Positions 13,805-27,880 of a DNA stretch of 64,000 bases are shown one piece after another (the stretch's first letter is position 1; each line of letters opens with the position of its first letter). This DNA is from Bdellovibrionales bacterium (GTDB taxonomy: Bacteria > Bdellovibrionota > Bdellovibrionia > Bdellovibrionales > UBA1609), in the NCBI GenBank assembly GCA_965205945.1, contig CBDBIB010000003.1:32001-96000 (forward strand), given 5' to 3'. The notes below the pieces were generated by a model. That model worked only from the letters and a program-made list of their open reading frames with translations. It was not told the origin of the DNA and ran no database searches. The position numbers and the translations under genes were made by a program.

Positions 13805-15363
13805 ATAATTATAAAAGATCATTTTTAGACTCAAATACGATTCTTGCAATAGTGTTAACGTTTATTATTTTTCTTGGCTGGCAAAAATATATGGAGAGCA
13901 AATACCCTAAAGCATCAAAAAAAGTTGGCACTCAAAAAGTAGTAGAGAAAAAGGATCCTTTAAAATCAGACTTACTAAAGATTTTTCCTAAAGAAGAAGG
14001 GGGCGTTGAAACACCACAGGTAGAACAAAAACAAATCTTTTTTGAAGACGAAAATTGGTCTTTTATTATTAATTCTAAAGGAATGTCGGTAGATAAGGTT
14101 ATAATTAAAAATATAAATAAAGTTGCTAAAAAACCCTATGCTTTTAAAAATATAAAACATTTTTATCAAACTGTATTAGATGAAAAGGTTTTAGATTTTG
14201 ATCTTAAAAGAGTGAGTAATAATAAGTTTATGGGGGTAGCACTATATAAAGGCCAAAAAATTCATAAAACAATGATTGTTGATTCCATTAATTTTACATT
14301 TGATGTTAAAATTTATTTTAAAGGGAGAAGACCCTCTAAATTTCTTATAAAACAATTAATAACATCTAATATTCAAGAGCCTAAAAATAAGGTGTTTTTT
14401 CTTCCGGCCTTTGAACGAAGTGAATTTTTTGTAACAGGTGAAAAAGATGAAGAACGTAAGGTTTTAACAACTGAGGCGATATCAGTAGAACCTGAACTTT
14501 ACCCATTTTCTTTAATTGTTTCAGTTGGGGACGAGTATTTTACAGCAGCGCTTTTAAATAAAGGTAAAATCTTACCCACAGTTATTTTTAATCAAAAAAG
14601 AGCCAGATTAGATGTGGCTGCAGTGTATGAGTTTACAGATTTGGTAAATATTAACGAGATTGAATACAAACTTTTTATTGGGCCTAAAAACGTAAAAATC
14701 CTTACTAATGTATCTCCTGATCTTGTTGGTGTGATTAATTTTATGTATTTAGGGTTTCTTGCAAAACCAATTCTTAAAGGCTTAGATATCTTATATGGTA
14801 TTTTAGGAAATTACGGTTGGGCTGTTGTGGTTTTAACCTTGTTAATAAGATTGCTGATTATGCCGTTAACGACTTCATCGTTAAAATCTATGAAAAGAAT
14901 GCAGGTTATTCAACCTGAATTAAAACAGATTAAAGAAAAGTATAAAAAACAACCTCAAATGATTAATCAAAAAACAATGGAAATAATGAAAAAGCATAAA
15001 GTAAACCCATTGGGCGGGTGTTTACCAATGCTTCTTCAAATGCCAATATTTTTTGCTTTTTATAGAGGCTTAAGTGAAAGTGTGGATTTGTATCAAGCAC
15101 CATTTTTTGGTTGGATCACGGATTTAAGTAAGATGGATCCATATTTTATTTTTCCTATTCTTTCTATGGTTGGGATGGTGGTCCATCAGATAGTGACACC
15201 GTCAAACATGGATAAAGTACAAAAAAGGATGATGCTATTTATGCCTATAGTTTTTGGAATATTTTTTATAACTCTACCAAGTGCGCTTACTATTTATATG
15301 GCTATTAGTTCTTGGTTTGGGGCTTTACAACACATATTTTTTATAAAAGAGAAGAAAACGTAG
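13801..15363 (+). CDS. yidC: Membrane protein insertase YidC
   Basis: GNYGWAVV, NPLGGCLPMLLQMPIFFAFY, WITDLS. Confidence 0.97.
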   Translation: MNNYKRSFLDSNTILAIVLTFIIFLGWQKYMESKYPKASKKVGTQKVVEKKDPLKSDLLKIFPKEEGGVETPQVEQKQIFFEDENWSFIINSKGMSVDKVIIKNINKVAKKPYAFKNIKHFYQTVLDEKVLDFDLKRVSNNKFMGVALYKGQKIHKTMIVDSINFTFDVKIYFKGRRPSKFLIKQLITSNIQEPKNKVFFLPAFERSEFFVTGEKDEERKVLTTEAISVEPELYPFSLIVSVGDEYFTAALLNKGKILPTVIFNQKRARLDVAAVYEFTDLVNINEIEYKLFIGPKNVKILTNVSPDLVGVINFMYLGFLAKPILKGLDILYGILGNYGWAVVVLTLLIRLLIMPLTTSSLKSMKRMQVIQPELKQIKEKYKKQPQMINQKTMEIMKKHKVNPLGGCLPMLLQMPIFFAFYRGLSESVDLYQAPFFGWITDLSKMDPYFIFPILSMVGMVVHQIVTPSNMDKVQKRMMLFMPIVFGIFFITLPSALTIYMAISSWFGALQHIFFIKEKKT

Positions 15364-15385
15364 GAAGAAGGAGAAATTATAAATT

Positions 15386-15934
15386 ATGGGGTTTTTAGGT
15401 AAATTATTTAGTGGTAAGAAAAAGAACAAAATTGAAGCTGAATTAGAAACAGTTTTACAACAAGTATTAGATAAAGGAGGTTTTTTATTATCTTTTGATA
15501 TGAAAATATCCCCTAATGGAGAGGAGATACTTTTTGATCTTTATGGTGAAGATCAAGAAATTATGAAGGCAAAAGAAGGAATACTGTTAGATTCTTTACA
15601 ATTGCTTTTAAGAAGAGTTATGCAAAACAAGTTTTCTAAAGAGAGAAAATCTATCATTGTAGATTGTGATTTTTTTCGTGAAGAGGCAGATCAATCATTG
15701 ATTAAACTTGCAGATAAATTAAAGGGTATTTGTCTGAAAAAGAAAAAACCTATTTACTTTAGATCTTTTCCACCAAGAGAGCGTAAGATTATACATCAAT
15801 ATCTTTCAGAAGATAAAGCTGTAAAAAGCAGATCTATAGGAGATGGGTTGTATAAGAAGATTAAAATCTTTCCTATTGAAATCAAGTTTGATAAGAAAAA
15901 GCCAAACAACAAAGTAAGTGAAGACAATGTCTAA
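15386..15934 (+). CDS. jag: Jag/KhpB RNA-binding protein (KH + R3H, short form)
   Basis: ERKIIHQYL R3H motif, SRSIG; follows yidC. Confidence 0.85.
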   Translation: MGFLGKLFSGKKKNKIEAELETVLQQVLDKGGFLLSFDMKISPNGEEILFDLYGEDQEIMKAKEGILLDSLQLLLRRVMQNKFSKERKSIIVDCDFFREEADQSLIKLADKLKGICLKKKKPIYFRSFPPRERKIIHQYLSEDKAVKSRSIGDGLYKKIKIFPIEIKFDKKKPNNKVSEDNV

Positions 15935-15959
15935 CAAGTTTTAATTTAAGATTATTATA

Positions 15960-17312
15960 ATGTCTGTTAAAATAAAACCATATTTTCAAGATATTATTTG
16001 TGCTCAAGCTACACCTTCTGGTGTGGGAGCTATTTCTCTTATAAGAATAAGTGGTAAAGGGTCTAAAAAAATCTTAAAAAATTTAATTCAAATAAATAAC
16101 TTAGAGTCGCATAAAGTATATTACCATAAAATCTTTAATAAAGATAAATTTATTGATGAAGTTTTAATTACATTTTTTGAAAATGAACAAAGTTTTACAG
16201 GTGAGGAGTCCTTTGAAATTACATGTCATGGAAGTCCGTTAATAGTTTCTGATCTTATAGGAGTTTTAATAGAAAGGGGAGCTCGTCTTGCAGAACCTGG
16301 TGAATTTAGTTACCGTTCATATTTAAATGGACGAATAGATCTTACAAAAGCAGAAGGTATCCATAATGCTATTCATGCTAAAACAGATATAGCTAAGGAA
16401 ATGTCATTAAATTTATTAGAAGGTGGCTTTAAGAAAGATCTTCTTAAAATAAGGGATCTTATAGTTTGGGCTGCATCTAGAGTTGAAGCCTCCATAGATT
16501 TTTCAGATCAAGATATAGATTTAAATCATGATAAGAAAGTTTTTAAGAAAATTAGTAAAGCAAAAGATATTTTGTTTGATTTATTAGAAAGTTATTCATT
16601 AGGAGTGATTCAATCAAAGGGTATTTCTATTGTATTATGTGGTCCACCAAATGCTGGAAAATCTACTCTTTTTAATGCCTTATTAGGTGAAGAAAGAAGT
16701 ATTGTTTCTAAGGAGAAAGGAACAACACGAGATTATATTACAGAGACGATTAGTTTAGGAAAAAATCCCATTCAACTAGTAGATACAGCAGGCCTTAGAA
16801 AAACATCTAGTCTTATTGAATCAACAGGAATTAAAAAAAGTATTCAAATTGCATCAAAAGCGCAGCTTATTTTATTTTTAATTAGTAAGGATTCTTTAAG
16901 TTTTGATAAAGAGTACTTAGTACGATTAAAAAAACTTAAAGCCCCTTTAATTGTGGTTAAAACAAAGCAGGATTTAGGTGATTGGGCTTTTAATCACCAA
17001 GGCTTAGAGACTGTAAAATTCTCAGCTAATAGTGAGCAAGATATATTAATGCTTAAAGAGTTAATGTTTGAAAGGTTAAAGCACTATTTTAAAATAAATA
17101 AGAATCTTTTTATTAAGCGACATAGAGTTTTAATTAAGGATACTTATAAGGTTTTAGAAAAAATTTTTGATTTTAATGAACTTTCTGGTGTAGAGGATAT
17201 TGTTTCTTCATTATTATATTCTTCTTTAGATAGTCTTGATGAGATATTGTATATTAATGATCCAGAAGTTGTTAGAGATCAGATATTTAAAGATTTTTGT
17301 TTAGGTAAATAA
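15960..17312 (+). CDS. mnmE: tRNA modification GTPase MnmE
   Basis: SFTGE, GPPNAGKSTL, GTTRD, C-terminal FCLGK. Confidence 0.97.
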   Translation: MSVKIKPYFQDIICAQATPSGVGAISLIRISGKGSKKILKNLIQINNLESHKVYYHKIFNKDKFIDEVLITFFENEQSFTGEESFEITCHGSPLIVSDLIGVLIERGARLAEPGEFSYRSYLNGRIDLTKAEGIHNAIHAKTDIAKEMSLNLLEGGFKKDLLKIRDLIVWAASRVEASIDFSDQDIDLNHDKKVFKKISKAKDILFDLLESYSLGVIQSKGISIVLCGPPNAGKSTLFNALLGEERSIVSKEKGTTRDYITETISLGKNPIQLVDTAGLRKTSSLIESTGIKKSIQIASKAQLILFLISKDSLSFDKEYLVRLKKLKAPLIVVKTKQDLGDWAFNHQGLETVKFSANSEQDILMLKELMFERLKHYFKINKNLFIKRHRVLIKDTYKVLEKIFDFNELSGVEDIVSSLLYSSLDSLDEILYINDPEVVRDQIFKDFCLGK

Positions 17313-17323
17313 AGTGAGTAAAA

Positions 17324-19180
17324 GTGTTAGAGGTTAATTATGATATTATAGTTGTAGGTGCTGGTCATGCTGGTATTGAGGCAGCGCTTATTTCTCATAA
17401 ATTAGGATCAAAAACCCTTCTTATTACAAGTGATATTACTAAGGCCGGTGTTATGAGTTGTAACCCTTCCATTGGTGGATTGGGTAAGGGGCATATCATA
17501 AAAGAATTAGATGTATTGGGTGGGGTTATGGGGAAAATTACTGATAAGGCTGCTATTCAGTATAAAAAATTAAATATTCGAAAAGGTCCTGCTGTAAGGG
17601 GTTCTAGGGCTCAGTGTGATAAATGGATTTATGCAGAAAATGCACAAGTATTACTAAAGCAAAAGCTTGGTAGGAACTTTATTCAAGGTGATGTTTTAAG
17701 GCTTATGATTAAAAATTCTAAAGTTACAGGTGTTGTTCTAGCTAATGGAGTTCAGATAAAATCTAGGATTGTGATTGTTACAGCAGGTACTTTTATGAAG
17801 GGTGTTCTTTATATTGGAAATAAAAGAGTAGAGGGGGGTAGATTTGGTGAAAAGCCATCAATTGGATTATCCGATCAGTTTAAAGATCTTGGAGTTCGTG
17901 TTTTTAGGCTTAAAACTGGAACACCTCCTAGACTTTTAAAATCTTCAATAAACTGGTCAGTTCTAGATTCAGAAAAAGGTGATGATATTTATGAAAATTT
18001 TCATTTTATGAACAAAACAGGTTTTGTTAATGAGCGAGTTTCTTGTGGGATAAGTTATACGAATGAGAAGACTCATGATATTATTAGAAAAAACTTAGAT
18101 CAGTCGCCATTATTTACAGGTCTTATGAAAGGTGTTGGACCCCGCTACTGTCCTAGTGTTGAGGACAAGGTGATACGATTTGCAGATAAGAATAGGCATC
18201 AAACATTTTTAGAACCAGAGGGTTTAAATTCAAATTCAATTTATTTACAAGGTATTTCTACTTCTTTACCCGAGAAAGTTCAGCTTAGATTTCTTCAAAC
18301 GATTAAAGGATTAAAAAACGTTGAAATGATTAGGCCTGGGTATGCTGTGGAGTACGATTTTATCGAGCCTACTCAGTTAAACTATAGTTTAGAGGCTAAG
18401 TTTTTAGAGGGTTTATTTTTAGCAGGTCAGGTTAATGGAACAAGTGGTTATGAAGAGGCGGCCTGTCAGGGGCTATTAGCGGGTATTAACGCTCACTTAA
18501 AGCTAGTAAATAAAGAACCCCTTATTCTATCAAGGCATGTGGCTTATATAGGTGTTTTAATTGATGATTTGATTTTAAAAGGAACTAAAGAGCCATATAG
18601 AATGCTTACTTCTCGAGCAGAATATAGGCTTTTATTAAGAGAAGATAATGCTTTTGAAAGGTTATTTGAAATTTCTAAGGAATTTAGTTTACTTTCTTTA
18701 CAAGAGGAAAGGTATATTAAGGGGGTTTTATCTCTTAGAAGCAGAGTTGCTCAGCAATTAAACACTATAAAATTGTCTCCAACTTTAAAAACTAATGCAA
18801 TACTTGCAGGGCTTTTTTCTAAGCCTCTTAAAAAGCAAATAACAATGTCTACTCTTCTTAAGAGGCCAGAGGTTGAAATCAGTGATTTATTACAATTTGG
18901 ACTTATGGATGAAGATTATAGTAAAATTTTATATCCAGTAGAGGTTTCTTCTAAATATGAGGGTTATATTAACAATGAACTTAAAAGAATTAAGAAAACT
19001 CAGAGGCTTGAAGCTTTAAAGATTCCTAAAAACTTTAATTATGAACAGCTTGCAGGTTTAAGCAAAGAAGAAATTGAAAAACTAACTACCATAGCCCCTG
19101 TAAATTTAGCACAAGCAAAGCAAATTAGTGGAGTTAATCCATCTGCAATACAGTATATCGCTATTCACCTATCTAAATGA
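17324..19180 (+). CDS. mnmG: tRNA uridine-5-carboxymethylaminomethyl synthesis enzyme MnmG
   Basis: GAGHAG, MSCNPSIGG, GPRYCPS, GTSGYEEAA. Confidence 0.98.
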   Translation: MLEVNYDIIVVGAGHAGIEAALISHKLGSKTLLITSDITKAGVMSCNPSIGGLGKGHIIKELDVLGGVMGKITDKAAIQYKKLNIRKGPAVRGSRAQCDKWIYAENAQVLLKQKLGRNFIQGDVLRLMIKNSKVTGVVLANGVQIKSRIVIVTAGTFMKGVLYIGNKRVEGGRFGEKPSIGLSDQFKDLGVRVFRLKTGTPPRLLKSSINWSVLDSEKGDDIYENFHFMNKTGFVNERVSCGISYTNEKTHDIIRKNLDQSPLFTGLMKGVGPRYCPSVEDKVIRFADKNRHQTFLEPEGLNSNSIYLQGISTSLPEKVQLRFLQTIKGLKNVEMIRPGYAVEYDFIEPTQLNYSLEAKFLEGLFLAGQVNGTSGYEEAACQGLLAGINAHLKLVNKEPLILSRHVAYIGVLIDDLILKGTKEPYRMLTSRAEYRLLLREDNAFERLFEISKEFSLLSLQEERYIKGVLSLRSRVAQQLNTIKLSPTLKTNAILAGLFSKPLKKQITMSTLLKRPEVEISDLLQFGLMDEDYSKILYPVEVSSKYEGYINNELKRIKKTQRLEALKIPKNFNYEQLAGLSKEEIEKLTTIAPVNLAQAKQISGVNPSAIQYIAIHLSK

Positions 19181-19773
19181 TGACTACTAAGAATATCTTG
19201 ATTACTCGAATATCTGAACTAAACCTTTTTCCAGAACAGGCAGAACTTATTGTTAATTATGTAGAATTTCTTTTAAAAGTGAATAAAAAAATAAGTTTAA
19301 CTAGTATTACAAATTTTCAAACATGGTTTGTATCTCATATTGAAGATTCGGTAAAAGCTTATAGGGTATTTAGAGGGTTTAAAGCAAAATATTTTATAGA
19401 CTCAGGAAGCGGGAATGGTCTTCCAGGGGTTATTTTTGCTATTTTATCAGGAGTACCGTTTACTTTATGTGATGTGGATGCAAGAAAATGTGAATTTTTA
19501 AGAACAATCTGCTATAGATTGGGCTTATCTGGTGAAGTTTATTGTGGGCCTATAAAAGATTTAGTAGGGGAGTTTAAAGAAAGGTTGTATTTTATTTATA
19601 GGGGGCTTGGACCTGAGGAGCTTTTAGTAAATCAGTATAGATTAGCGCCTAGTGCAGGGCATTTTAGGTTTATTAGTGAGAATCAAAGGCGGTTATTTAA
19701 GGGTTCTTTGGTAAAAAAATACGAATTGTCGGATAAAAGTCTTCGGTTTTTAGAGATTTCTCCTATAGAGTAA
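19177..19773 (+). CDS. rsmG: 16S rRNA m7G methyltransferase RsmG (divergent)
   Basis: HIEDS and DSGSGNGLPG SAM-binding motif; between mnmG and parA. Confidence 0.85.
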   Translation: MMTTKNILITRISELNLFPEQAELIVNYVEFLLKVNKKISLTSITNFQTWFVSHIEDSVKAYRVFRGFKAKYFIDSGSGNGLPGVIFAILSGVPFTLCDVDARKCEFLRTICYRLGLSGEVYCGPIKDLVGEFKERLYFIYRGLGPEELLVNQYRLAPSAGHFRFISENQRRLFKGSLVKKYELSDKSLRFLEISPIE

Positions 19774-19783
19774 CGCAACATAT

Positions 19784-19799
19784 TGTTCCACATGGAACA
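19784..19799. promoter_or_regulatory. parS site 1 (TGTTCCACATGGAACA)
   Basis: Close to the parS consensus TGTTTCACGTGAAACA; directly upstream of parA. Confidence 0.9.
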
Positions 19800-19818
19800 A
19801 TACATCTTGCTTTTTAAG

Positions 19819-19834
19819 TGTTCCATGTGGAACA
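19819..19834. promoter_or_regulatory. parS site 2 (TGTTCCATGTGGAACA)
   Basis: Exact reverse complement of site 1. Confidence 0.9.
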
Positions 19835-19854
19835 ATATTTATGTTGGAGGATGT

Positions 19855-20661
19855 ATGAGTCAAGTTATCTGCCTAGCAAATCAAAAAGGTGGGGTGGGAA
19901 AAACGACCACCTCGATTAATTTATCCGCAGCCCTTGCTGAACTTGGACGAAAGGTTTTATTGCTTGATATGGACCCTCAGGGCAATGCCTCTAGTGGTTT
20001 AGGAATTAAAAGACACCAACAACAAGATAAAAATTTATATAGTTTACTTCTTGGAGAAGAAAAAATAAAAGATGTTATATTTAAAACTAATCATAAAGAA
20101 CTAGATATTATCCCCGCTAATCCTGATTTAGTTGGAGCTGAAATTGAACTAATAGACGTTCCAAACAGAGAGTATATTTTAAAAGAAGCCTTAGAAGAAA
20201 TTAAAAGCGAATATAATTATATATTTATTGACTGCCCACCATCACTAGGGCTTTTAACTGTCAACGCATTAACAGCCTCTAATAGTTTTATAGTTCCCTT
20301 ACAGTGTGAATATTTTGCCCTTGAAGGACTTAGTCAACTTTTAAATACAGCAGGACTTTTAAAAAAGAGATTAAATCCATCACTAAGAATAGTAGGCATT
20401 ATATTAACAATGTTTGATATAAGAAATAACTTATCACACCAAGTTGTAGATGAGATTCGATCTCATTTTAAAAATAAAGTTTTTAATACAACTATTCCAA
20501 GAAATGTAAGATTAAGTGAGGCACCGTCTTATGGACAATCAGTTATTGAGTATGACATGCGTTCAATTGGTGCTAGAAAGTATATCGAACTTGCTAGAGA
20601 GTTAGATAGTCGTATTTATCCAGGGGTAGAGAAAACTTTACAGCAAGAGGCCCAATTATAA
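19855..20661 (+). CDS. parA: Chromosome partitioning ATPase ParA/Soj
   Basis: NQKGGVGKTT, DMDPQGNA, IPRNVRLSEAPS; start at ATG 19855 after GGAGG (the track's extension runs through parS). Confidence 0.97.
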   Translation: MSQVICLANQKGGVGKTTTSINLSAALAELGRKVLLLDMDPQGNASSGLGIKRHQQQDKNLYSLLLGEEKIKDVIFKTNHKELDIIPANPDLVGAEIELIDVPNREYILKEALEEIKSEYNYIFIDCPPSLGLLTVNALTASNSFIVPLQCEYFALEGLSQLLNTAGLLKKRLNPSLRIVGIILTMFDIRNNLSHQVVDEIRSHFKNKVFNTTIPRNVRLSEAPSYGQSVIEYDMRSIGARKYIELARELDSRIYPGVEKTLQQEAQL

Positions 20662-21578
20662 TGGAAAAAATAAAATCGTTAAAGAAAAAAAGATTAGGCC
20701 GTGGTTTAAAAAAACTTTTAAAAGTTTCAGAGGAAGAAGAAAAAACATTAAAATCCTTATCAAAGGTGGAATTAAAATCACCTACTCAATTTGCTGATCC
20801 TACAAAAATAATTCACATGGTTCCAATAGAAAATATTAAGCCTAATCAAGAACAACCCAGGAAAGTTTTTAAAGAATCAGCATTAAAAGATCTTACAAAT
20901 TCAATTCGTGAACAGGGCATTATGCAGCCCATAGTAGCTATTCAAATAGATGAAAATAAATTTGAAATTATAGCAGGAGAGAGAAGATGGAGATCGGCTC
21001 AAAGGTGCGGCCTTAAAAAGGTTCCGGTTATTCTTAAAAAAGTTAACAGTCAGAATAAATTAGAGCTTGCTATTATAGAGAATATCCAAAGAGACAATCT
21101 AAATCCCATTGAGGAAGGTGAGGCGTACTCACTATTAATGAAAAAATATAATCTTACTCAAAAAGAAATTGCTCAAAAAGTTGGGAAAGATAGAGTGACT
21201 ATTGCAAACTTAATTAGAATCACAGGACTGGCTGATAAAGTTAAGGAAAAAGTAATTACTTTTAAAATTAGTTTAGGCCATGCAAAAGTTTTATTGGCCG
21301 TTGGGGATAAGGCTGTTCAAATAAAATTAACTGAGAAAATTCAAAGATTAAACCTATCTGTAAGAGCAACAGAGTCCTTAGTGAAAAATGTACTGAATCC
21401 AGATTCTTATAAAAAAGAGCCCAAAGAGATCAATGAATTTAAAGATGTAGAAGATCGATTAAAAAGAGCTTTTGGAACTAAATTAAAAATTTATAAAAAA
21501 AATGATAAAGGTAGGATTCAACTTAGTTTTAATAGTATGGAACAGTTTAATGATTTAATAGATAAACTATTAAGGTGA
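20661..21578 (+). CDS. parB: Chromosome partitioning protein ParB
   Basis: LGRGL, QPRKVF, IAGERRWR, ENIQR, HTH. Confidence 0.97.
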   Translation: MEKIKSLKKKRLGRGLKKLLKVSEEEEKTLKSLSKVELKSPTQFADPTKIIHMVPIENIKPNQEQPRKVFKESALKDLTNSIREQGIMQPIVAIQIDENKFEIIAGERRWRSAQRCGLKKVPVILKKVNSQNKLELAIIENIQRDNLNPIEEGEAYSLLMKKYNLTQKEIAQKVGKDRVTIANLIRITGLADKVKEKVITFKISLGHAKVLLAVGDKAVQIKLTEKIQRLNLSVRATESLVKNVLNPDSYKKEPKEINEFKDVEDRLKRAFGTKLKIYKKNDKGRIQLSFNSMEQFNDLIDKLLR

Positions 21579-21589
21579 TAATATAAGTA

Positions 21590-21934
21590 ATGGATTCAAT
21601 AATTTCTAATAAAGTAACAGGATTGCTACAAAAAGGAACATCTTTTGAGGGGAAACTATCTTTTGAGGGTGCTGTGCGTATTGGAGGCAATTTTAAAGGT
21701 GAGATTTTTACAAGAGACACGTTGATAATAGATGAATCTGCAGATATAGAGGCCAATATAGAAGCAGGGAAAGTTATTATTGCAGGTAAAGTGCGTGGGA
21801 ATATCTATGCTACTAAAATAGTTAAAATGAAGGCTCCAACAAAATTTAAAGGAACGGTTACCACAGCAACTCTTTCCATAGATGATGGCGTTATTTTTGA
21901 AGGAGCCACATACATGCCTAAAAATGAGAATTGA
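21590..21934 (+). CDS. Bactofilin (polymer-forming cytoskeletal protein)
   Basis: GTSFEGKL..RIGG.FKGEI..GKVRGNI..IDDGVIFEG beta-helix pattern. Confidence 0.92.
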   Translation: MDSIISNKVTGLLQKGTSFEGKLSFEGAVRIGGNFKGEIFTRDTLIIDESADIEANIEAGKVIIAGKVRGNIYATKIVKMKAPTKFKGTVTTATLSIDDGVIFEGATYMPKNEN

Positions 21935-22041
21935 CCCATAAAGAGCAGGGTGTTAATTCCAGAGAGTATTAGAGTTTACTTGTGCATCATTATTTTAAAA
22001 GCAAAAGTTACTCTAGTTTTTATAAAGTATAGATTTAAAAG

Positions 22042-22500
22042 GTGAGTGCAGAAATGGACATGCTTGTAAGTTTAATTGACTCTTTAAAGTTAAACAATAC
22101 ATTATATATACAGTTTTTAGTTTTTCTTGTAGGCTTTTTTTTCCTATATTATGTGATGTTTAAACCATATAATAAAGCAGCTCAAGCAAGATATGACCGT
22201 ACTATTGGAAATCAAGAAAATACAGATAAATATGATGAGGAAATCGAGTCTTTAAAAAGAAAATATAGTCAACGTGTAAAAGAAATTAATGAATCAACTT
22301 CATTGATTTTCTTAGATTATGATAATCGGTTTAAAAAAGAAGCGGCTAGTCTTATGTTAAAAGCTCAGCAATCATATAAGTCTGAAAAAGAGCAAAAAGA
22401 AAAAAATATAATGGACTCTTATGAAAAAGAAAAAGAAAAACTTTCAATTCTGAGTATAGAAATTAAAAAACAACTTAAAAAAGTATTGGCGGGAGCATAA
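22042..22500 (+). CDS. F0 ATP synthase subunit b'
   Basis: N-terminal TM ending FKP plus a coiled coil; first gene of the atp cluster. Confidence 0.8.
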   Translation: MSAEMDMLVSLIDSLKLNNTLYIQFLVFLVGFFFLYYVMFKPYNKAAQARYDRTIGNQENTDKYDEEIESLKRKYSQRVKEINESTSLIFLDYDNRFKKEAASLMLKAQQSYKSEKEQKEKNIMDSYEKEKEKLSILSIEIKKQLKKVLAGA

Positions 22501-23042
22501 ATGAAAACCATCATGGTTTTGTTTATAGGAATAGTCTTAACATCTCAGGTTTTTGCCAGTGGTGATGTCATACCTATAGGCTTTATTAAACTTCAGATTA
22601 TGAATTTTGTGGTTTTTGTTGGGTTTCTTTTTTTTCTTTCAAAATCTAGAATTGCACCACTGTTTAAACAAATACAAATTGATTATCTTAATAAGTCTAA
22701 AGAGGCTCAAAAAAAGTTAGATGATGTTAAAAACAGAAGAGATAGTTTTTTAAAAAAAATACAAAAGTTAGATAAAGACTTTGAAAAAAACATTTTAAAT
22801 GCAAAAAAACAGGCTCATATTAAATATGAAGCTAAAATTTTAGATGTTAAAAAGAATATTGAAAAAATGAATAAAGATTTACAGAATCAAATAGAAGGGT
22901 TAAAAAGAGCGCAGGTAAATGAACTTAAAGATCTTTTAATGGATAAGTCAATAAAAGGATTAAAATCAGATCTAAATTCTAAAGTTGATGAGGAATTATT
23001 ACAGAAATTACAAAATAGTTTTGTTCAAGGTGTAAGAGCGTA

Positions 23043-23043
<1 letters not shown>
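22501..23043 (+). CDS. atpF: F0 ATP synthase subunit b
   Basis: QIMNFVVF TM plus coiled coil; precedes delta. Confidence 0.85.
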
Positions 23044-25093
<2,050 letters not shown>

Positions 25094-25103
25094 GAAGTAA
25101 ATT

Positions 25104-25988
25104 ATGGCTAATCTAAAAGATATTAAAACACGAATAGGATCTGTTAAAAGTACAGAACAGATCACTAAAGCAATGAAATTGGTTTCAACCTCGAAGCTTA
25201 AAAAAGCACAAGACAATATTCAAGGCTGTCGTCCATATGCTTTAAATATTAAAAAGCTTATTCAAGATATCGCTCAATCAAAAAAAGTAAAACACCCTCT
25301 TTTAAAAGAAACTCAAGTTATGAGTAGTGCATCAAGTATTCTTTTTGTGGTGCTAACTTCAGACAGAGGCCTTTGTGGGGGGTTTAATAATAATGTTGCA
25401 CGATGGGCTTATAATAAGGCTAAAGAAATTTCATCAAAATATGAAAAAATTGATTTTAGTTTTATTGGCAAAAAAGGCAAAGACTACTTTAAGGCTAATA
25501 ATGTTAAAGCTAAAATTCATGTAAGATTAAACCTTGCTAAAGAAATCAGTTATTCTTTAGCTAAAGAAATTGCAGAAGACTTATTAAATTCATTTAAAAA
25601 AGGTCAGTATGATGAAATTCATATTGTCTATAATGAGTTTAAGTCTGCAATTCAACAAGATGTGGTTTGTGAAAAGTTGTTGCCATTAAAAATAAGTAGT
25701 TCAAAGTCTTTAGATAAATATGAAGATAAAGATCTTATTTTTGAACCAAATCCAGAAGAAATTATTAAAGAGTTATTAGAAAAACATTTTACAGTTCAAG
25801 TTTATAGAGTTCTTTCAGAAAGTATTGCTTCTGAGCACGCTGCAAGAATGACTGCCATGGACAATGCCTCTAACAATGCAAAAGACGCCATTGATAAGCT
25901 TACTTTACAATATAATAAAATGCGTCAAGCAGCAATTACAACAGAATTAATAGAAATCACGAGTGGTGCAGAAGCACTAAAAGGATAA
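25104..25988 (+). CDS. atpG: F1 ATP synthase subunit gamma
   Basis: ITKAMKLV, SDRGLCGGFN, RQAAITTELIEI. Confidence 0.99.
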   Translation: MANLKDIKTRIGSVKSTEQITKAMKLVSTSKLKKAQDNIQGCRPYALNIKKLIQDIAQSKKVKHPLLKETQVMSSASSILFVVLTSDRGLCGGFNNNVARWAYNKAKEISSKYEKIDFSFIGKKGKDYFKANNVKAKIHVRLNLAKEISYSLAKEIAEDLLNSFKKGQYDEIHIVYNEFKSAIQQDVVCEKLLPLKISSSKSLDKYEDKDLIFEPNPEEIIKELLEKHFTVQVYRVLSESIASEHAARMTAMDNASNNAKDAIDKLTLQYNKMRQAAITTELIEITSGAEALKG

Positions 25989-27401
<1,413 letters not shown>

Positions 27402-27423
27402 GATTTAAAAGTTAGGAAACAAA

Positions 27424-27840
27424 ATGGACAGCTTACAACTTACATTAGTAACACCTTTAAAGAAAATACTTGAACGTGTTGATGTTACACAAATAAAAGT
27501 GCCAGCTCAAAAAGGTCAATTAACTATTTATCCTGAGCATTCGCCATTAGTAACTACTTTAGAAATAGGGATTTTATCTTATATTGAAAAAGGTCAGTCT
27601 GAAGCCAAAAGAGCGGTGATTACCTGGGGCTACTGTGAAGTAATAAGCGGTGAAGTAAGGCTACTTACAGAAACAGCTCAAACTCTTGATGAAATTGATG
27701 TTAAAGGTGCTCAAAAGATTAAAATAGATGCTGAAAAAAGTTTAGCATCAAATAAACTAAGCCCTAAACAAGTTAAACAGACTCAAGCTCAGCTTAAAAA
27801 AGCTGAAGCTGAAATAGAGCTTTTAAATACAGAAGCGTGA
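27424..27840 (+). CDS. atpC: F1 ATP synthase subunit epsilon
   Basis: LVTP, GQLTIYPEHSPL; last gene of the operon. Confidence 0.94.
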   Translation: MDSLQLTLVTPLKKILERVDVTQIKVPAQKGQLTIYPEHSPLVTTLEIGILSYIEKGQSEAKRAVITWGYCEVISGEVRLLTETAQTLDEIDVKGAQKIKIDAEKSLASNKLSPKQVKQTQAQLKKAEAEIELLNTEA

Positions 27841-27880
27841 GTTAAAATTCACTAGAATTTAATGAATCAAAATTCTTTTT

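Noticed and set aside
19783..19854. 24-aa N-terminal extension of ParA (MFHMEQ...) in the ORF track
   Set aside because: It is the translation of the parS palindromes; the ATG at 19855 has a GGAGG RBS
21969..22016. Imperfect hairpin TAGAGT...ACTCTA upstream of the atp operon
   Set aside because: Weak AT-rich pairing and no recognisable RNA family
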